Positions 1-8,973 of a stretch of DNA of 57,204 bases are shown piece by piece. Both the position numbers and the translations under genes were made by a program. The DNA is from Bacteroidales bacterium (GTDB lineage Bacteria > Bacteroidota > Bacteroidia > Bacteroidales > P3). The DNA lies in contig CAAGHV010000125.1 in the NCBI GenBank assembly GCA_900769785.1, positions 1 to 57,204 of the forward strand, read 5' to 3'. The notes beneath the pieces were generated by a model. That model was not told the DNA's origin. It ran no database searches and saw only the letters and a program-made list of their open reading frames with translations. Numbering within the stretch: the stretch's first letter is position 1; the number at the start of each line of letters is the position of its first letter.

Positions 1-1
1 T

Positions 2-778
2 ACCGCTCTTGCAGGTTATGCCACTACAACGGCTTTGAGTGATGTTGATGCTAAGTTTGCGAACTACGCTAAAACTACGGCTCTCGATAGCTATGTAACA
101 AAAACTTCGCTTTCTACTACATTAGGAGACTACGCAAAAACTACGGCTCTTAGTAACTACCTAACCACAACATCGGCTTCTTCTACTTACGCTACTAAGA
201 CTGCTCTGAATAATGTTGACGCTAAGTTTGCGAACTACGCTAAAACTTCGGCTCTCGATAGCTATGTAACAAAAACTTCGCTTTCTACTACCCTGGGGGA
301 TTACGCTAAAACTACAGTTCTTGCTGACTATGCAAAAACTTCGGCTCTTAGTAACTACCTAACCACAGCATCGGCTTCTTCTACTTACGCTACTAAGACA
401 GCGTTAGCAACGGTAGAAAGCACAGCCAATACTGCAAACAATACTGCCAAAAGTATTGTTACTGCCAAAATAGCAATAGAAACATTGTCGTCTGCAAATT
501 GGTCGATAGATTATGGCAAAAGAACATATAAAAAATACTCTACTACATCAGATATTGATTTACAAATATCGTCTAATACAGAAACAGGTATTGAACACTA
601 TTTATTGATTAGCAATACAAGCACTAAAAAAATTAATATATCCTTGGCGAGTGCTAAAAGCATATATGCCGAAACAAAAAGTATAGAACTCGAGGCCGGG
701 TCTATCATAGAACTTAGTGCTATTAATATCTCAAATGTAATAACTGTAACAGCTAGCAGTAAATTGATCAACAAATAA
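2..778 (+). CDS. phage tail-fibre-like repeat protein, 5'-truncated by the window edge
   Basis: Frame 2 is open from nt 2 (TALAGYATTTAL..) into the listed ORF 35..778, so the TTG at 35 is not the true start. It has S/T/A/Y-rich tandem units (DAKFANYAKT.ALDSYVTKTSLSTTLGDYAKT..SASSTYATKTAL) and is followed by phage-type genes. Confidence 0.6.
   Translation, partial: TALAGYATTTALSDVDAKFANYAKTTALDSYVTKTSLSTTLGDYAKTTALSNYLTTTSASSTYATKTALNNVDAKFANYAKTSALDSYVTKTSLSTTLGDYAKTTVLADYAKTSALSNYLTTASASSTYATKTALATVESTANTANNTAKSIVTAKIAIETLSSANWSIDYGKRTYKKYSTTSDIDLQISSNTETGIEHYLLISNTSTKKINISLASAKSIYAETKSIELEAGSIIELSAINISNVITVTASSKLINK
41..409 (+). repeat. in-frame tandem duplication inside the fibre gene (171-nt unit then 198-nt unit)
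   Basis: Unit 2 (212-409) repeats unit 1 (41-211) almost base for base. It carries an extra 27-nt DYAKTTVLA sub-repeat. Confidence 0.85.
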
Positions 779-788
779 CCAATGTAGC

Positions 789-1295
789 ATGAAATATTAT
801 ATATACAACAACAAGGAAATAAAAATAAGAGAGCAGGCTGTTGACACAGATTTGTTTACACAATATATAGAGATGACAGTTAGCCAAGTGGCTTTCTACT
901 TGGCTAACCCAAACGCAAGTATTGACGAAATTAAAAATTGTCAACTACTGCCTACACCTCCACTACCTACATTGGAGGATGTAAAAAAATTAGCGATTAG
1001 TAGGTTGTCGCAATTATCATTAGATACTAGCAATTCTATTATTCCCGAATATAGGATTAGAAATGCCATGATGACAATATCACATAGTTCTATAGATAAT
1101 TCTATATATAGCCAAGATGAAGCATCGCAGATAATATCAGATGCCAACAACATTGGGACGTTGTGCAGAAATAAATTCTACGAGCTAAAAAAACGCATAG
1201 AATCAGCTACAACAGATGATGAGGTGTATGAAATAGAACAAGAAGGTATTGATGAATATAATAGATTGACAACAGAATATGAGAAGACATTATAA
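789..1295 (+). CDS. hypothetical phage protein (position suggests fibre chaperone/assembly)
   Basis: The ORF lies 10 nt after the fibre gene and has an acidic helical C-terminus. No motif was recognised. Confidence 0.5.
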   Translation: MKYYIYNNKEIKIREQAVDTDLFTQYIEMTVSQVAFYLANPNASIDEIKNCQLLPTPPLPTLEDVKKLAISRLSQLSLDTSNSIIPEYRIRNAMMTISHSSIDNSIYSQDEASQIISDANNIGTLCRNKFYELKKRIESATTDDEVYEIEQEGIDEYNRLTTEYEKTL

Positions 1296-1983
1296 TAACA
1301 GCGGGTCTGATAACCCAGAAGCCGAATATATAGAATGGCTAAAAAGTATTGGATGTAAGCTGTATGCTCCATTGAGACAGTCGTATGTGTATGAAGCAGG
1401 ACAAACGCAATTACATGATGTTATTAACAACATTCAAGGTACTTGCGATAATTATGTGTTGGAAACAAATTCGGTTAAAGTACAATCGTCTAAAACATCG
1501 GGTTTGATGTGGGATTTAACAAGCGTTGCAAATGTGTTTGGAGATATTAGCGATGGCGGTTATTTTAGAAATGGTGCATGGACAACAATTGCATCAATTA
1601 AAGATAACGGAGGAGGTTATGTAGGGAACAAATACGAGCAAGTGGCAACATGGGGAGAGGCTTGTGCTTTTTACATCGCAAGAGCACAGTGTGGAACATG
1701 GAGTACCAACACTTGGCATAATATTGCTTACTTGCATCAAAGCCCTAATGTTGGAACTACGGTTACTATATATAAGAATAATTCACAGGTGTTCACGCAA
1801 GCATCAACAACCAACGCTCTTGTTTATCGAACAGCCACCAATAATAAAATTATAGCAATGGGTAAAGCGTATAGCGGTTGTTATTTTTTTGGAAACATAC
1901 ATGATGTGTATCATTTCAACCGCAGGCTGACAACATCGGAACTAACAACTATTTATAATCATGATATACAGTATAATTTATAA
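1279..1983 (+). CDS. LamG/ConA-like jelly-roll domain protein (phage)
   Basis: It overlaps the previous ORF by 17 nt. The C-terminal GNIHDVYHFNRRLTTSELTTIY matches the LamG-type signature (D.v.iynraLs..Ei). Confidence 0.55.
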   Translation: MRRHYNNSGSDNPEAEYIEWLKSIGCKLYAPLRQSYVYEAGQTQLHDVINNIQGTCDNYVLETNSVKVQSSKTSGLMWDLTSVANVFGDISDGGYFRNGAWTTIASIKDNGGGYVGNKYEQVATWGEACAFYIARAQCGTWSTNTWHNIAYLHQSPNVGTTVTIYKNNSQVFTQASTTNALVYRTATNNKIIAMGKAYSGCYFFGNIHDVYHFNRRLTTSELTTIYNHDIQYNL

Positions 1984-1989
1984 CACACT

Positions 1990-2463
1990 ATGAAAGAATT
2001 AATATCATCATTTAGCTTGCAGATAGTTATTTTGGCTATACTTTATCTGACGGTGCTTGTTTTTGTGGCTCTCGACCTTTGGAGCGGTATCAGAAAGGCT
2101 AAACGCCGAGGCGAGTTTCGCTCGTCGAGGGGGTTTAGACGTACGGTGGAGAAGGTATGTAAGTATTACAATATGCTTATCGTGGTGTCGGTAATAGATT
2201 GCTTGCTTATTTTGGTGGCTTGGGAGTTTAATTTTCAAATAAATTCACACTTGCCTACTATTCCGATTTGTACGTTTATCGGTGCTATCTTTATAGGCTT
2301 TATCGAACTGAAATCTATTTACGAAAAGAACGAGGAGAAGGAGAAAGCCAAGATGATTGAGGCTGCGGAACTGCTGGCTAAAATAATTAAAGATGGCGAG
2401 GCTAAGGATGTGGCTGATAATATAATTTCTATAATCAAACAATCGAAGAATAACAATGATTGA
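1990..2463 (+). CDS. holin (Phage_holin_4-like family)
   Basis: It has about 3 TM segments. LDLWSGIRKAKRRGEFRSSRGFRRTVEK ... IELKSIYEKNEE fits the family pattern D..tGi.kA...SS.g...K ... E.kSI.EN. Confidence 0.65.
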   Translation: MKELISSFSLQIVILAILYLTVLVFVALDLWSGIRKAKRRGEFRSSRGFRRTVEKVCKYYNMLIVVSVIDCLLILVAWEFNFQINSHLPTIPICTFIGAIFIGFIELKSIYEKNEEKEKAKMIEAAELLAKIIKDGEAKDVADNIISIIKQSKNNND

Positions 2464-4960
2464 AATTTTAGTAGAGGGGCATCCGCTTGCAATAAGCAGT
2501 GATACGCAGGTTTGTTTGGAGGTTGAAAACGCTGTTTTCGACATCGATAATGTTTCGGCCGAAATCGGGTGGCAGTTTGATGTGTCGGCTCGGGATAACT
2601 CGGCTATTTTGAATAATGCCGATTGTGTGTTTTTCGGCAATACAAAAAAATATGACTGCCGGGTGTTGTTTTCGGGCGTTCCGATTGGAAGGGGGTCGCT
2701 ATATGTGCAACAGGTCAACAACGGGCGTAGCATAAGGTGCGGACTGACGATTAACGAGTTTTCGTCCCAATGGCGGGCCAAAGCTCTTGCCAAGAATGAG
2801 CTTGGATGTATGAAAATTGTAGGCTATGAATACAAGGAGGATTGGCGAGAGTTTCTGAGGCATACGCTGGAGGAGGATAGCAATGTTAAGTTTTTCCCGT
2901 TTATCGACGAAAAGTTTTCGGAGTCGGCCGACTTTGGTTTTTTCCGCAATCAGCCTTCGTCGCTGTCTAACAACAGAAATGATTTTACCAAGTATGTAAA
3001 CCGTCTTTTTACGGACGATGACAGCAATATCATCGAGTGCTACGACAACGCTCCGCAGGGGCTGAGGATTTTTAATGCCGAGAGTGGTATGGGCCATAAG
3101 ATTAATGGCTATCATTTTGCTCCGGCTTTCCGCCTGAGGTGGCTTTTGGAAAGGGTGCTGGGATGCGATGGCTTTTCGCTGTCGGGGTCGTTTGCGGACA
3201 ATGGGTTTGTGAATAATATTTTCCTCCAGTCGATGAATGCCATGGATGGCGACGGCTCGCAGTATGACAATGCTTGCTATCTTTCGCTATCGGGTGCTGT
3301 GGGTGTGGTACCAACAGTGGCGAGGGTCAACGCTATGAGGTTTGAGATTGGCGAGGAGGTTCACGAGGCTTTCACCATCGGCAACGGAAGGTTGGCAATG
3401 GGGCTGTGTGTATTTTTGCCGGAAAGGGCTACGCTGAAAAAAAACATGACGGGGTGGCAATACCTCGATAGGTATGATGAGGCGTATTTCCTTGTTGTGT
3501 GTGCCGAGGGTGTAGATCTCTCGCTGTCGTATTGCCGAATTGGCAACGACAAGGGAAGGGATTACATCGGGGTGTTTGAAAAATTTGGCAAGCAGGAGGC
3601 TGTGGGTGCCAATTATCTGTATTATTACTACACTGCCAAGCGTGGCGATGTGGCTTTTGTGCAGCTGACTGATACGTCGTACCGCGAGGCTGTATGTATG
3701 GCGGATGGCGACTTTGCGAAGACGGTGAGCAAGATTGTGCTTGATGATGAATTTCTGCTTGACGGTGGCAAACAGTACCAGGTGGTGCTTGTGAAGGCTA
3801 GGGTTGCGACTACTTACGAGTGTTTTACCATCGTGTCGGATGCGGAACTATACAACGGCAAAATCATCGACACGAGGGGCGGTATTGAGCATATTTCGGA
3901 TATGCAGGTTGTGGCTTCGAGTGGCACCGACAGCGTTTCGGGTCTTAATGTGTTTGCCAAGGAGCTGGATTTGAAAAAATACATGCCGGAGGGGTCGAAC
4001 AGCGATTTCGTGAAAACGATATGCAAGCTCTTTGGATTGAACATGTATATCGATAGCGACAGCCGTATGGTACAGATGAATTTCTTTGCCGACGAGCTGG
4101 ATGCCGAATCCCTCGATGTATCGGCTTACGTATGCAACCGGAAAAGGCTTACTTACGAGCCGAAAAGGTATGAAATTTCGTTGGCTTCGGCTCTCGAGGG
4201 CAAAGAGATTGCCGAGGAAAATATTATCGAGAGCGTGCTGACGAAGGATTTACTGCCTCCGCCTCGTTTGCACTACGGCAAACATTGTTTCGTAAAGGCC
4301 GAAAATAAGTTTTATCACAGCTCGAAAGATGACGATGGCAGGGTGAAGTGGCTGCCATCGGGTGGCAACAACCTGAAACTTTCGGTTGGCAACGCCGAGG
4401 AGGCAGAAGAAATCGAGATTGGGGTTATGATTCCAAACATGCGTTTTGTAGATTCGGACCGTGTGGAAAAATATTTTCAAGAAATAGACCTCGAGGGGTG
4501 CAGCTCGCTGTTGCAGGAGGATTATTCGGGCAGGTTCGATATGGTTTTGACGCAATACGTGGGCAAGAAAACCGTAAGACTGGAAAAGGAGGGTAATCAT
4601 CAATTTGTAACGATAGAGCGGGCAAACCCTACTTTTTATGCCGAAAACGGCAGCGTAAACGAGAGGTATATAAACTTGGCGGTAGAGGGCCGACAGTCGA
4701 TTGGCGAGATGTGGCTTCGGCCGAAATACGGGTTCTTGGCTTCGGCCGAATGGTTCGAGTTCGATTTGATTGTTCCGGTTGGCGTATTTTGGGAAATCAA
4801 AAACCTCGTGAAACCGCAAAGCAAACCTATAAACGAACAGGTGCGTTGGCTGATGATAGACAACCAGAGGTTTTTGCCCAAGAAAATTTCGGCTCAGATG
4901 GGTAGTTCAGACAATGTGAGAGTGACAATCGAGTGTGCAAGGGATTGCAGAGTATTGTAG
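2456..4960 (+). CDS. large phage structural-like protein, function unknown
   Basis: Its ATG at 2456 overlaps the holin stop (2461-2463). It has 834 uninterrupted codons. The N-terminus (L.V.G..L.IS.D..V.L...N..FD) resembles phage tail/baseplate proteins. No catalytic motif was seen. Confidence 0.6.
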   Translation: MIEILVEGHPLAISSDTQVCLEVENAVFDIDNVSAEIGWQFDVSARDNSAILNNADCVFFGNTKKYDCRVLFSGVPIGRGSLYVQQVNNGRSIRCGLTINEFSSQWRAKALAKNELGCMKIVGYEYKEDWREFLRHTLEEDSNVKFFPFIDEKFSESADFGFFRNQPSSLSNNRNDFTKYVNRLFTDDDSNIIECYDNAPQGLRIFNAESGMGHKINGYHFAPAFRLRWLLERVLGCDGFSLSGSFADNGFVNNIFLQSMNAMDGDGSQYDNACYLSLSGAVGVVPTVARVNAMRFEIGEEVHEAFTIGNGRLAMGLCVFLPERATLKKNMTGWQYLDRYDEAYFLVVCAEGVDLSLSYCRIGNDKGRDYIGVFEKFGKQEAVGANYLYYYYTAKRGDVAFVQLTDTSYREAVCMADGDFAKTVSKIVLDDEFLLDGGKQYQVVLVKARVATTYECFTIVSDAELYNGKIIDTRGGIEHISDMQVVASSGTDSVSGLNVFAKELDLKKYMPEGSNSDFVKTICKLFGLNMYIDSDSRMVQMNFFADELDAESLDVSAYVCNRKRLTYEPKRYEISLASALEGKEIAEENIIESVLTKDLLPPPRLHYGKHCFVKAENKFYHSSKDDDGRVKWLPSGGNNLKLSVGNAEEAEEIEIGVMIPNMRFVDSDRVEKYFQEIDLEGCSSLLQEDYSGRFDMVLTQYVGKKTVRLEKEGNHQFVTIERANPTFYAENGSVNERYINLAVEGRQSIGEMWLRPKYGFLASAEWFEFDLIVPVGVFWEIKNLVKPQSKPINEQVRWLMIDNQRFLPKKISAQMGSSDNVRVTIECARDCRVL

Positions 4961-5005
4961 TTCTTTTTTATGGTGGAAATGGTGACGACCTCGTAGGATA
5001 GTCTG

Positions 5006-5067
5006 AAAAAAAACCATTTTTTTGAATAAAAAAAACCATTTTTTCGAGAAAAAAAAACCTTTTTTTT
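5006..5067. repeat. three phased A8-CC-A-T7 units (period 22, 21 bp)
   Basis: A-runs start at 5006, 5028 and 5049. Each is followed by CC(A) and a T6-8 run. A degenerate fourth unit lies near 5073. Confidence 0.8.
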
Positions 5068-5116
5068 AAGCAAAGAAAACCGATGAACAAAAGTTATTTA
5101 AATATCAAGCAGTTAC

Positions 5117-5142
5117 AAAAAGCCCCAAAGAGGGGCTTTTTT
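5117..5142. terminator. bidirectional stem-loop terminator
   Basis: AAAAAGCCCC-aaaga-GGGGCTTTTTT lies between convergent genes 2456..4960 and the integrase. Confidence 0.6.
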
Positions 5143-5146
5143 GTTG

Positions 5147-6292
5147 TCAAAACTCCAAATCGTCGTATTTCAAAATCTCGTACACCGACGAGCGATGTAT
5201 GTATTTTTCCGTCATCTCGAGGCTGTGATGGTCGGCAAGCTCTTTGACAAGCTTGGTGGGTACGCCTCGCTCCAGCATCTCGGTTATGCCGGTATCTTTG
5301 AGGCTGTAAAACTTGTATTCCATGGGCAGGCCTAGGGCTTTCCGCATTTGGCTCCATGTGCGGGCTGTATCGCGCGAGGTTAGCATTTCTTTGCCGGGTC
5401 GGTAGCCTTTGGAAAAGATATAGCTGTCTTTGGCTACGCCCTCGAGGTGATTGGCAAGGAAATCGAATATATCTTGGGGCAGGGCGATGATACGGTCCTT
5501 ATGGTTCTTGGCCACCGTGGAGGGTATTCGTAGCGTTCGGCTGCGGAGGTCCACCATTCCGCATTTAAGCATAAGTATTTCCTTGGGGCGTACAAAACAG
5601 CGGTAGCACAGCTGCATGATGCAGTAATATTCGTGCATGTCGTTCTGCTCGATGTAGGTTTTTATCCGTTCGCGAACGTCGGGCGGAAGGGCTTCACGCA
5701 ATTTCTCGTCAACACGCTTGGGTTTCAACTTCTCGAAGGGGTTGGTTTTGGTGTACTCTTTTTCGACAAACCACAGAAAGAGGGTTTTCATAAACCGCAA
5801 ACAGTTGTTGTAAGTCTTGTTGCTCACCTCTTTGTTTTCGATGCTTTCCATATACCGGATGGCATCACGCGAGGCAAACGCCGAGACGATGCTGTTATTC
5901 AAACCTTCGGCTTTCAACCACTCTGTAAAAGCGTTGGTATGCGAAAGGTAAGAGCGGATGCTGTCTTTGCGAAGGTCTTTCTTTTTGCTTGTGATAAACT
6001 TTTCCACGGCTTTGCCCAGCAGTACATGGCCACGCAGTGCGTTTTCTTCCAAAAAGGGGTTCCAGCCTTTGAGGAGCTTTTGGTTGATGGCATCGGCTAC
6101 AATCTGGGCATACTTCTTGTTGTCTCTACGATCGGCAAGCCGATTGCATTTGACAACCTTTCGCTCCAGCTTTTCGGTGGCGGGATTGTAGGCATAATAA
6201 ACAACTCGGAAAATTTTTCCCACTGCTACCTGGGCAGGTACATAGTCCACAAACGGACGTAAGGTCTTTTTTAAATCGCTAGTATCGGACAT
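5147..6292 (-). CDS. tyrosine-type site-specific integrase
   Basis: It carries H-x-x-R (NHKDR) and the C-terminal ADHHSLEMTEKYIH catalytic Tyr region. The N-terminal W/Y-rich arm-binding-like segment is typical of Bacteroidota integrases. It lies 127 nt from the tRNA-Ser 3' end. Confidence 0.85.
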   Translation of the reverse strand: MSDTSDLKKTLRPFVDYVPAQVAVGKIFRVVYYAYNPATEKLERKVVKCNRLADRRDNKKYAQIVADAINQKLLKGWNPFLEENALRGHVLLGKAVEKFITSKKKDLRKDSIRSYLSHTNAFTEWLKAEGLNNSIVSAFASRDAIRYMESIENKEVSNKTYNNCLRFMKTLFLWFVEKEYTKTNPFEKLKPKRVDEKLREALPPDVRERIKTYIEQNDMHEYYCIMQLCYRCFVRPKEILMLKCGMVDLRSRTLRIPSTVAKNHKDRIIALPQDIFDFLANHLEGVAKDSYIFSKGYRPGKEMLTSRDTARTWSQMRKALGLPMEYKFYSLKDTGITEMLERGVPTKLVKELADHHSLEMTEKYIHRSSVYEILKYDDLEF

Positions 6293-6419
6293 TTTTTTTT
6301 ATTTTCGGGTCGCCACGCAACCCAAAAATACTAAATCTATAACACTGTGCCGTTTTTGTGCCGGCTTAATTAGAAAAACCTTGCAACTCTTTGCTTCACA
6401 AATCGCTACAAGGTTTTTG

Positions 6420-6506
6420 CGGAGAGAAAGGGATTCGAACCCTTGGACCGCAAATGCGGTCAACGGTTTTCGAGACCGCCCCGTTCGACCACTCCGGCAT
6501 CTCTCC
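6420..6506 (-). tRNA. tRNA-Ser (anticodon CGA)
   Basis: The reverse complement folds as GGAGAGA acceptor, anticodon loop CTCGAAA, long variable arm GACCGCATTTGCGGTC, T-arm AAGGG-TTCGAAT-CCCTT and discriminator G. Confidence 0.9.
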
Positions 6507-6518
6507 GTTTTCGGTGTG

Positions 6519-6526
6519 CAAAAGTA
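6519..6526 (-). promoter_or_regulatory. -7 box TACTTTTG for tRNA-Ser
   Basis: A Bacteroides TAnnTTTG consensus box lies 13 nt upstream of the tRNA 5' end. Confidence 0.5.
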
Positions 6527-6704
6527 CGACTAATTTTTCAATTGCGGAAATTTATTTTACCTTTTTTTATATCCTTTTCTGCAATATATTGTTATTCTGT
6601 ATATTTATTTTTTAGATGAAATGGAGAAAATATGGGGATTTTCTTCTTTTTTTGTTGCAGTAGGGGTGTCTTTTTGGTAAAATTTGACATCAAAAATGCA
6701 AAAA

Positions 6705-6732
6705 AAAGACAGCTCGAAAATCGGCTGTCTTT
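6705..6732 (-). terminator. terminator of pepE
   Basis: AAAGACAGC..GCTGTCTTT stem followed by a T-run on the minus strand, about 30 nt after the stop. Confidence 0.65.
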
Positions 6733-6763
6733 CTTATTTTAATATTTAAATAATAACAAATTC

Positions 6764-7507
6764 TTATTTCATCAAGAAGTTGATATCTTCGCCAAGGTCA
6801 TATTCTTTGGTGTTTTCGATTTTTTCTTTGAATACTTTCATCTTGTTTGGACGTCCTATTAGCGATAGTTTTCCGTTTTCAAGCAATAGCGAAGTTGCTT
6901 CTCTTATACCGGCTACATACATATCGGGGTTTACCATTATGTATTCCTTTAAACGGTCGTCGCGAGTTTCGCCACCATGTTTAGGATCGAAAAAGTCGGT
7001 GTAGTGAGGGTTTATTTGGAAAGGTACCAAGTTCATACAGCGGAAACTTTCGGGTTCTACTATAGGCATATCGTTGGTAGTGCATAGTGTGGGGCCTGCC
7101 ACATTGCTACCTGCACTCCAACCCATGTATGGCATACCTGCCATAGCACGTTTGCTTATGGCGCCCATAAGTTTTTGGCGATGAAGTTCTTTTACCAAAT
7201 GGAAAGTGTTGCCACCACCTACAGCCACACATTCGGCGGCTTCTACTGCTGCCACTGGGTCGGATTCGTGGTGTATGCTACTAAGTTCAAAGCCCAATGC
7301 GTTGAAAACGGCTTTCACTTTGGCTTCGTAGGCATTGTACGATGCTTCCAGTCCGTCGGGGCTTAGGCTTACGCCGGCAAAGGGTACAAATAGTACTTTT
7401 TTAACACCATGACGGGTAAGAAAATCGCTGATTTGGCTTTTTGGCCAATCCAAATATGCTTCGCCTCTATTGGTCGAATTGCTTATTAACAATAGTTTTC
7501 TGTTCAT
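6764..7507 (-). CDS. pepE: dipeptidase E (peptidase S51)
   Basis: LLLISNST, VGGGNTFHL, GWSAGSN, TTNDMPIV and FQINPHY align with E. coli PepE. I moved the start to the ATG at 7507, downstream of the -7 box. Confidence 0.9.
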   Translation of the reverse strand: MNRKLLLISNSTNRGEAYLDWPKSQISDFLTRHGVKKVLFVPFAGVSLSPDGLEASYNAYEAKVKAVFNALGFELSSIHHESDPVAAVEAAECVAVGGGNTFHLVKELHRQKLMGAISKRAMAGMPYMGWSAGSNVAGPTLCTTNDMPIVEPESFRCMNLVPFQINPHYTDFFDPKHGGETRDDRLKEYIMVNPDMYVAGIREATSLLLENGKLSLIGRPNKMKVFKEKIENTKEYDLGEDINFLMK

Positions 7508-7540
7508 TATTTCGTAGTTTTTACGTTTATAAATATGGCA

Positions 7541-7548
7541 CAAAGATA
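7541..7548 (-). promoter_or_regulatory. -7 box TATCTTTG for pepE
   Basis: TAnnTTTG lies 34 nt upstream of the ATG at 7507. Confidence 0.5.
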
Positions 7549-7652
7549 CAACTTTTTTGCGAAAGCTAGGCTCTCGCACTCAATTTTTCTTCCGAAAAAG
7601 TTTTTCGGCCAATTCTTGTGGCTTTTACTTATACTTCTATCAAAGTTGGTTT

Positions 7653-7880
7653 GATGATATACTGTCGGCGTGTTGATGGTAGGGTGTAAATATGGCCATG
7701 GTATATTGTGGAGAAAGTGCTGTGTGGAGGGTGGAAAATGATGCGGTCTTTGCCAAAAAAATCCCTCGTGATGTAGATGAATTTTCATCGTGATGTAGTT
7801 TTAACTAGATCACGATATAGATAAATTTCCCTCCCGATGCATTGTAGGGTATATCGAGATGTGTTAGTAAAAGCTGAAAA
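7653..7880. repeat. degenerate ~22-bp phased array (about 10 units, GATG/GATA anchors)
   Basis: Anchors lie at 7653, 7675, 7697, 7719, 7740 and then 7770, 7792, 7814, 7836, 7858. The words TCCCTCGTGATGTAG and GGTATATTGT recur at 35.8 and 45.5 kb. Confidence 0.6.
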
Positions 7881-7957
7881 ATAGCTATGTTTCAAGATGA
7901 TAAATATTCGATTCGTGGCGTTGGAATAAAAAATTTGTTCGATTGGAGGAAAATATG

Positions 7958-7965
7958 TACCTTTG
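7958..7965 (+). promoter_or_regulatory. -7 box TACCTTTG for the ROK kinase gene
   Basis: TAnnTTTG lies 34 nt upstream of the ATG at 7999. Confidence 0.5.
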
Positions 7966-7998
7966 CACAACGATATTTGAAACTTAAAACAACGTAAA

Positions 7999-8952
7999 AT
8001 GAAAGAACAATATTCGATTGGTATCGATGTGGGTGGTACCAATACCGACATAGGTTTGGTGAGCGAGAGCGGTGTTATAGTGGCACGAACTAATTTTTCG
8101 ACTGCCGAACACAACGATATAAATGTATATATGGATACCATTGCCGATAAGGTGCGTGGTTTATTGGCCGACAATAATATAACCGATATTGAAGGTGTGG
8201 GAATAGGGGCTCCTAATGGCAACTATTATACGGGTTGTATCGATAATGCTCCCAACTTGCATTTTGGTGGCAACATCAAGGTTAAGGAAATGCTTGAAAG
8301 CCGTTTGGGAGTGCCTGTGGTGCTTAGCAACGATGCCAATGCTGCTGCATATGGCGAGTTTGTTTACGGAGGTGGCCGCGGAATGAAACATTTTCTTATG
8401 GTAACGGTAGGTACCGGTGTGGGCAGTGGTTTTGTGGTAGATGGCAAACTTGTGCATGGTCATGGTGGTGCAGCAGGCGAGTTGGGCCACAGCATACTTA
8501 TCCCCGATGGCCGCCAGTGTTCGTGTGGTCGCAAAGGCTGCTTGGAAGCCTATACTTCGGCACGCGGTATATGCCAAACCTGCTGGGAACTGCGTAATGA
8601 GATGCCGGAATACAAAGGTGTACTATCCAATATTGCCAAGGAAGACCTTACAAGTCAAGCGATAGGCGAGGCTGCGAACAATGGCGATGCGTTGGCTCTG
8701 AAAACATTCGAGCTTACGGGTCGTTGGCTAGGATTGGCGTGTGCCAATGCCGTTACATTCTCATCGCCCGAAGCTATATTCTTGATGGGAGGGCCGTTGA
8801 AAGCCGGCGATGTGTTTGTTGGTCCACTCAAAAAGTCGTTCGACGAGCATTTGCTTAATATCTATAAGGGCACTGTAGATATACGTCTATCCGAGCTCAA
8901 AGCCAACGATGTGGCAATACTTGGTGCTGCAGCATTGCTGAAAAACAAATAA
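7999..8952 (+). CDS. ROK-family sugar kinase (glucokinase-like)
   Basis: GIDVGGTN ATP motif and ROK zinc motif CSCGRKGCLEAY. Confidence 0.85.
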   Translation: MKEQYSIGIDVGGTNTDIGLVSESGVIVARTNFSTAEHNDINVYMDTIADKVRGLLADNNITDIEGVGIGAPNGNYYTGCIDNAPNLHFGGNIKVKEMLESRLGVPVVLSNDANAAAYGEFVYGGGRGMKHFLMVTVGTGVGSGFVVDGKLVHGHGGAAGELGHSILIPDGRQCSCGRKGCLEAYTSARGICQTCWELRNEMPEYKGVLSNIAKEDLTSQAIGEAANNGDALALKTFELTGRWLGLACANAVTFSSPEAIFLMGGPLKAGDVFVGPLKKSFDEHLLNIYKGTVDIRLSELKANDVAILGAAALLKNK

Positions 8953-8973
8953 CGATAACAATATTATAAGGTT

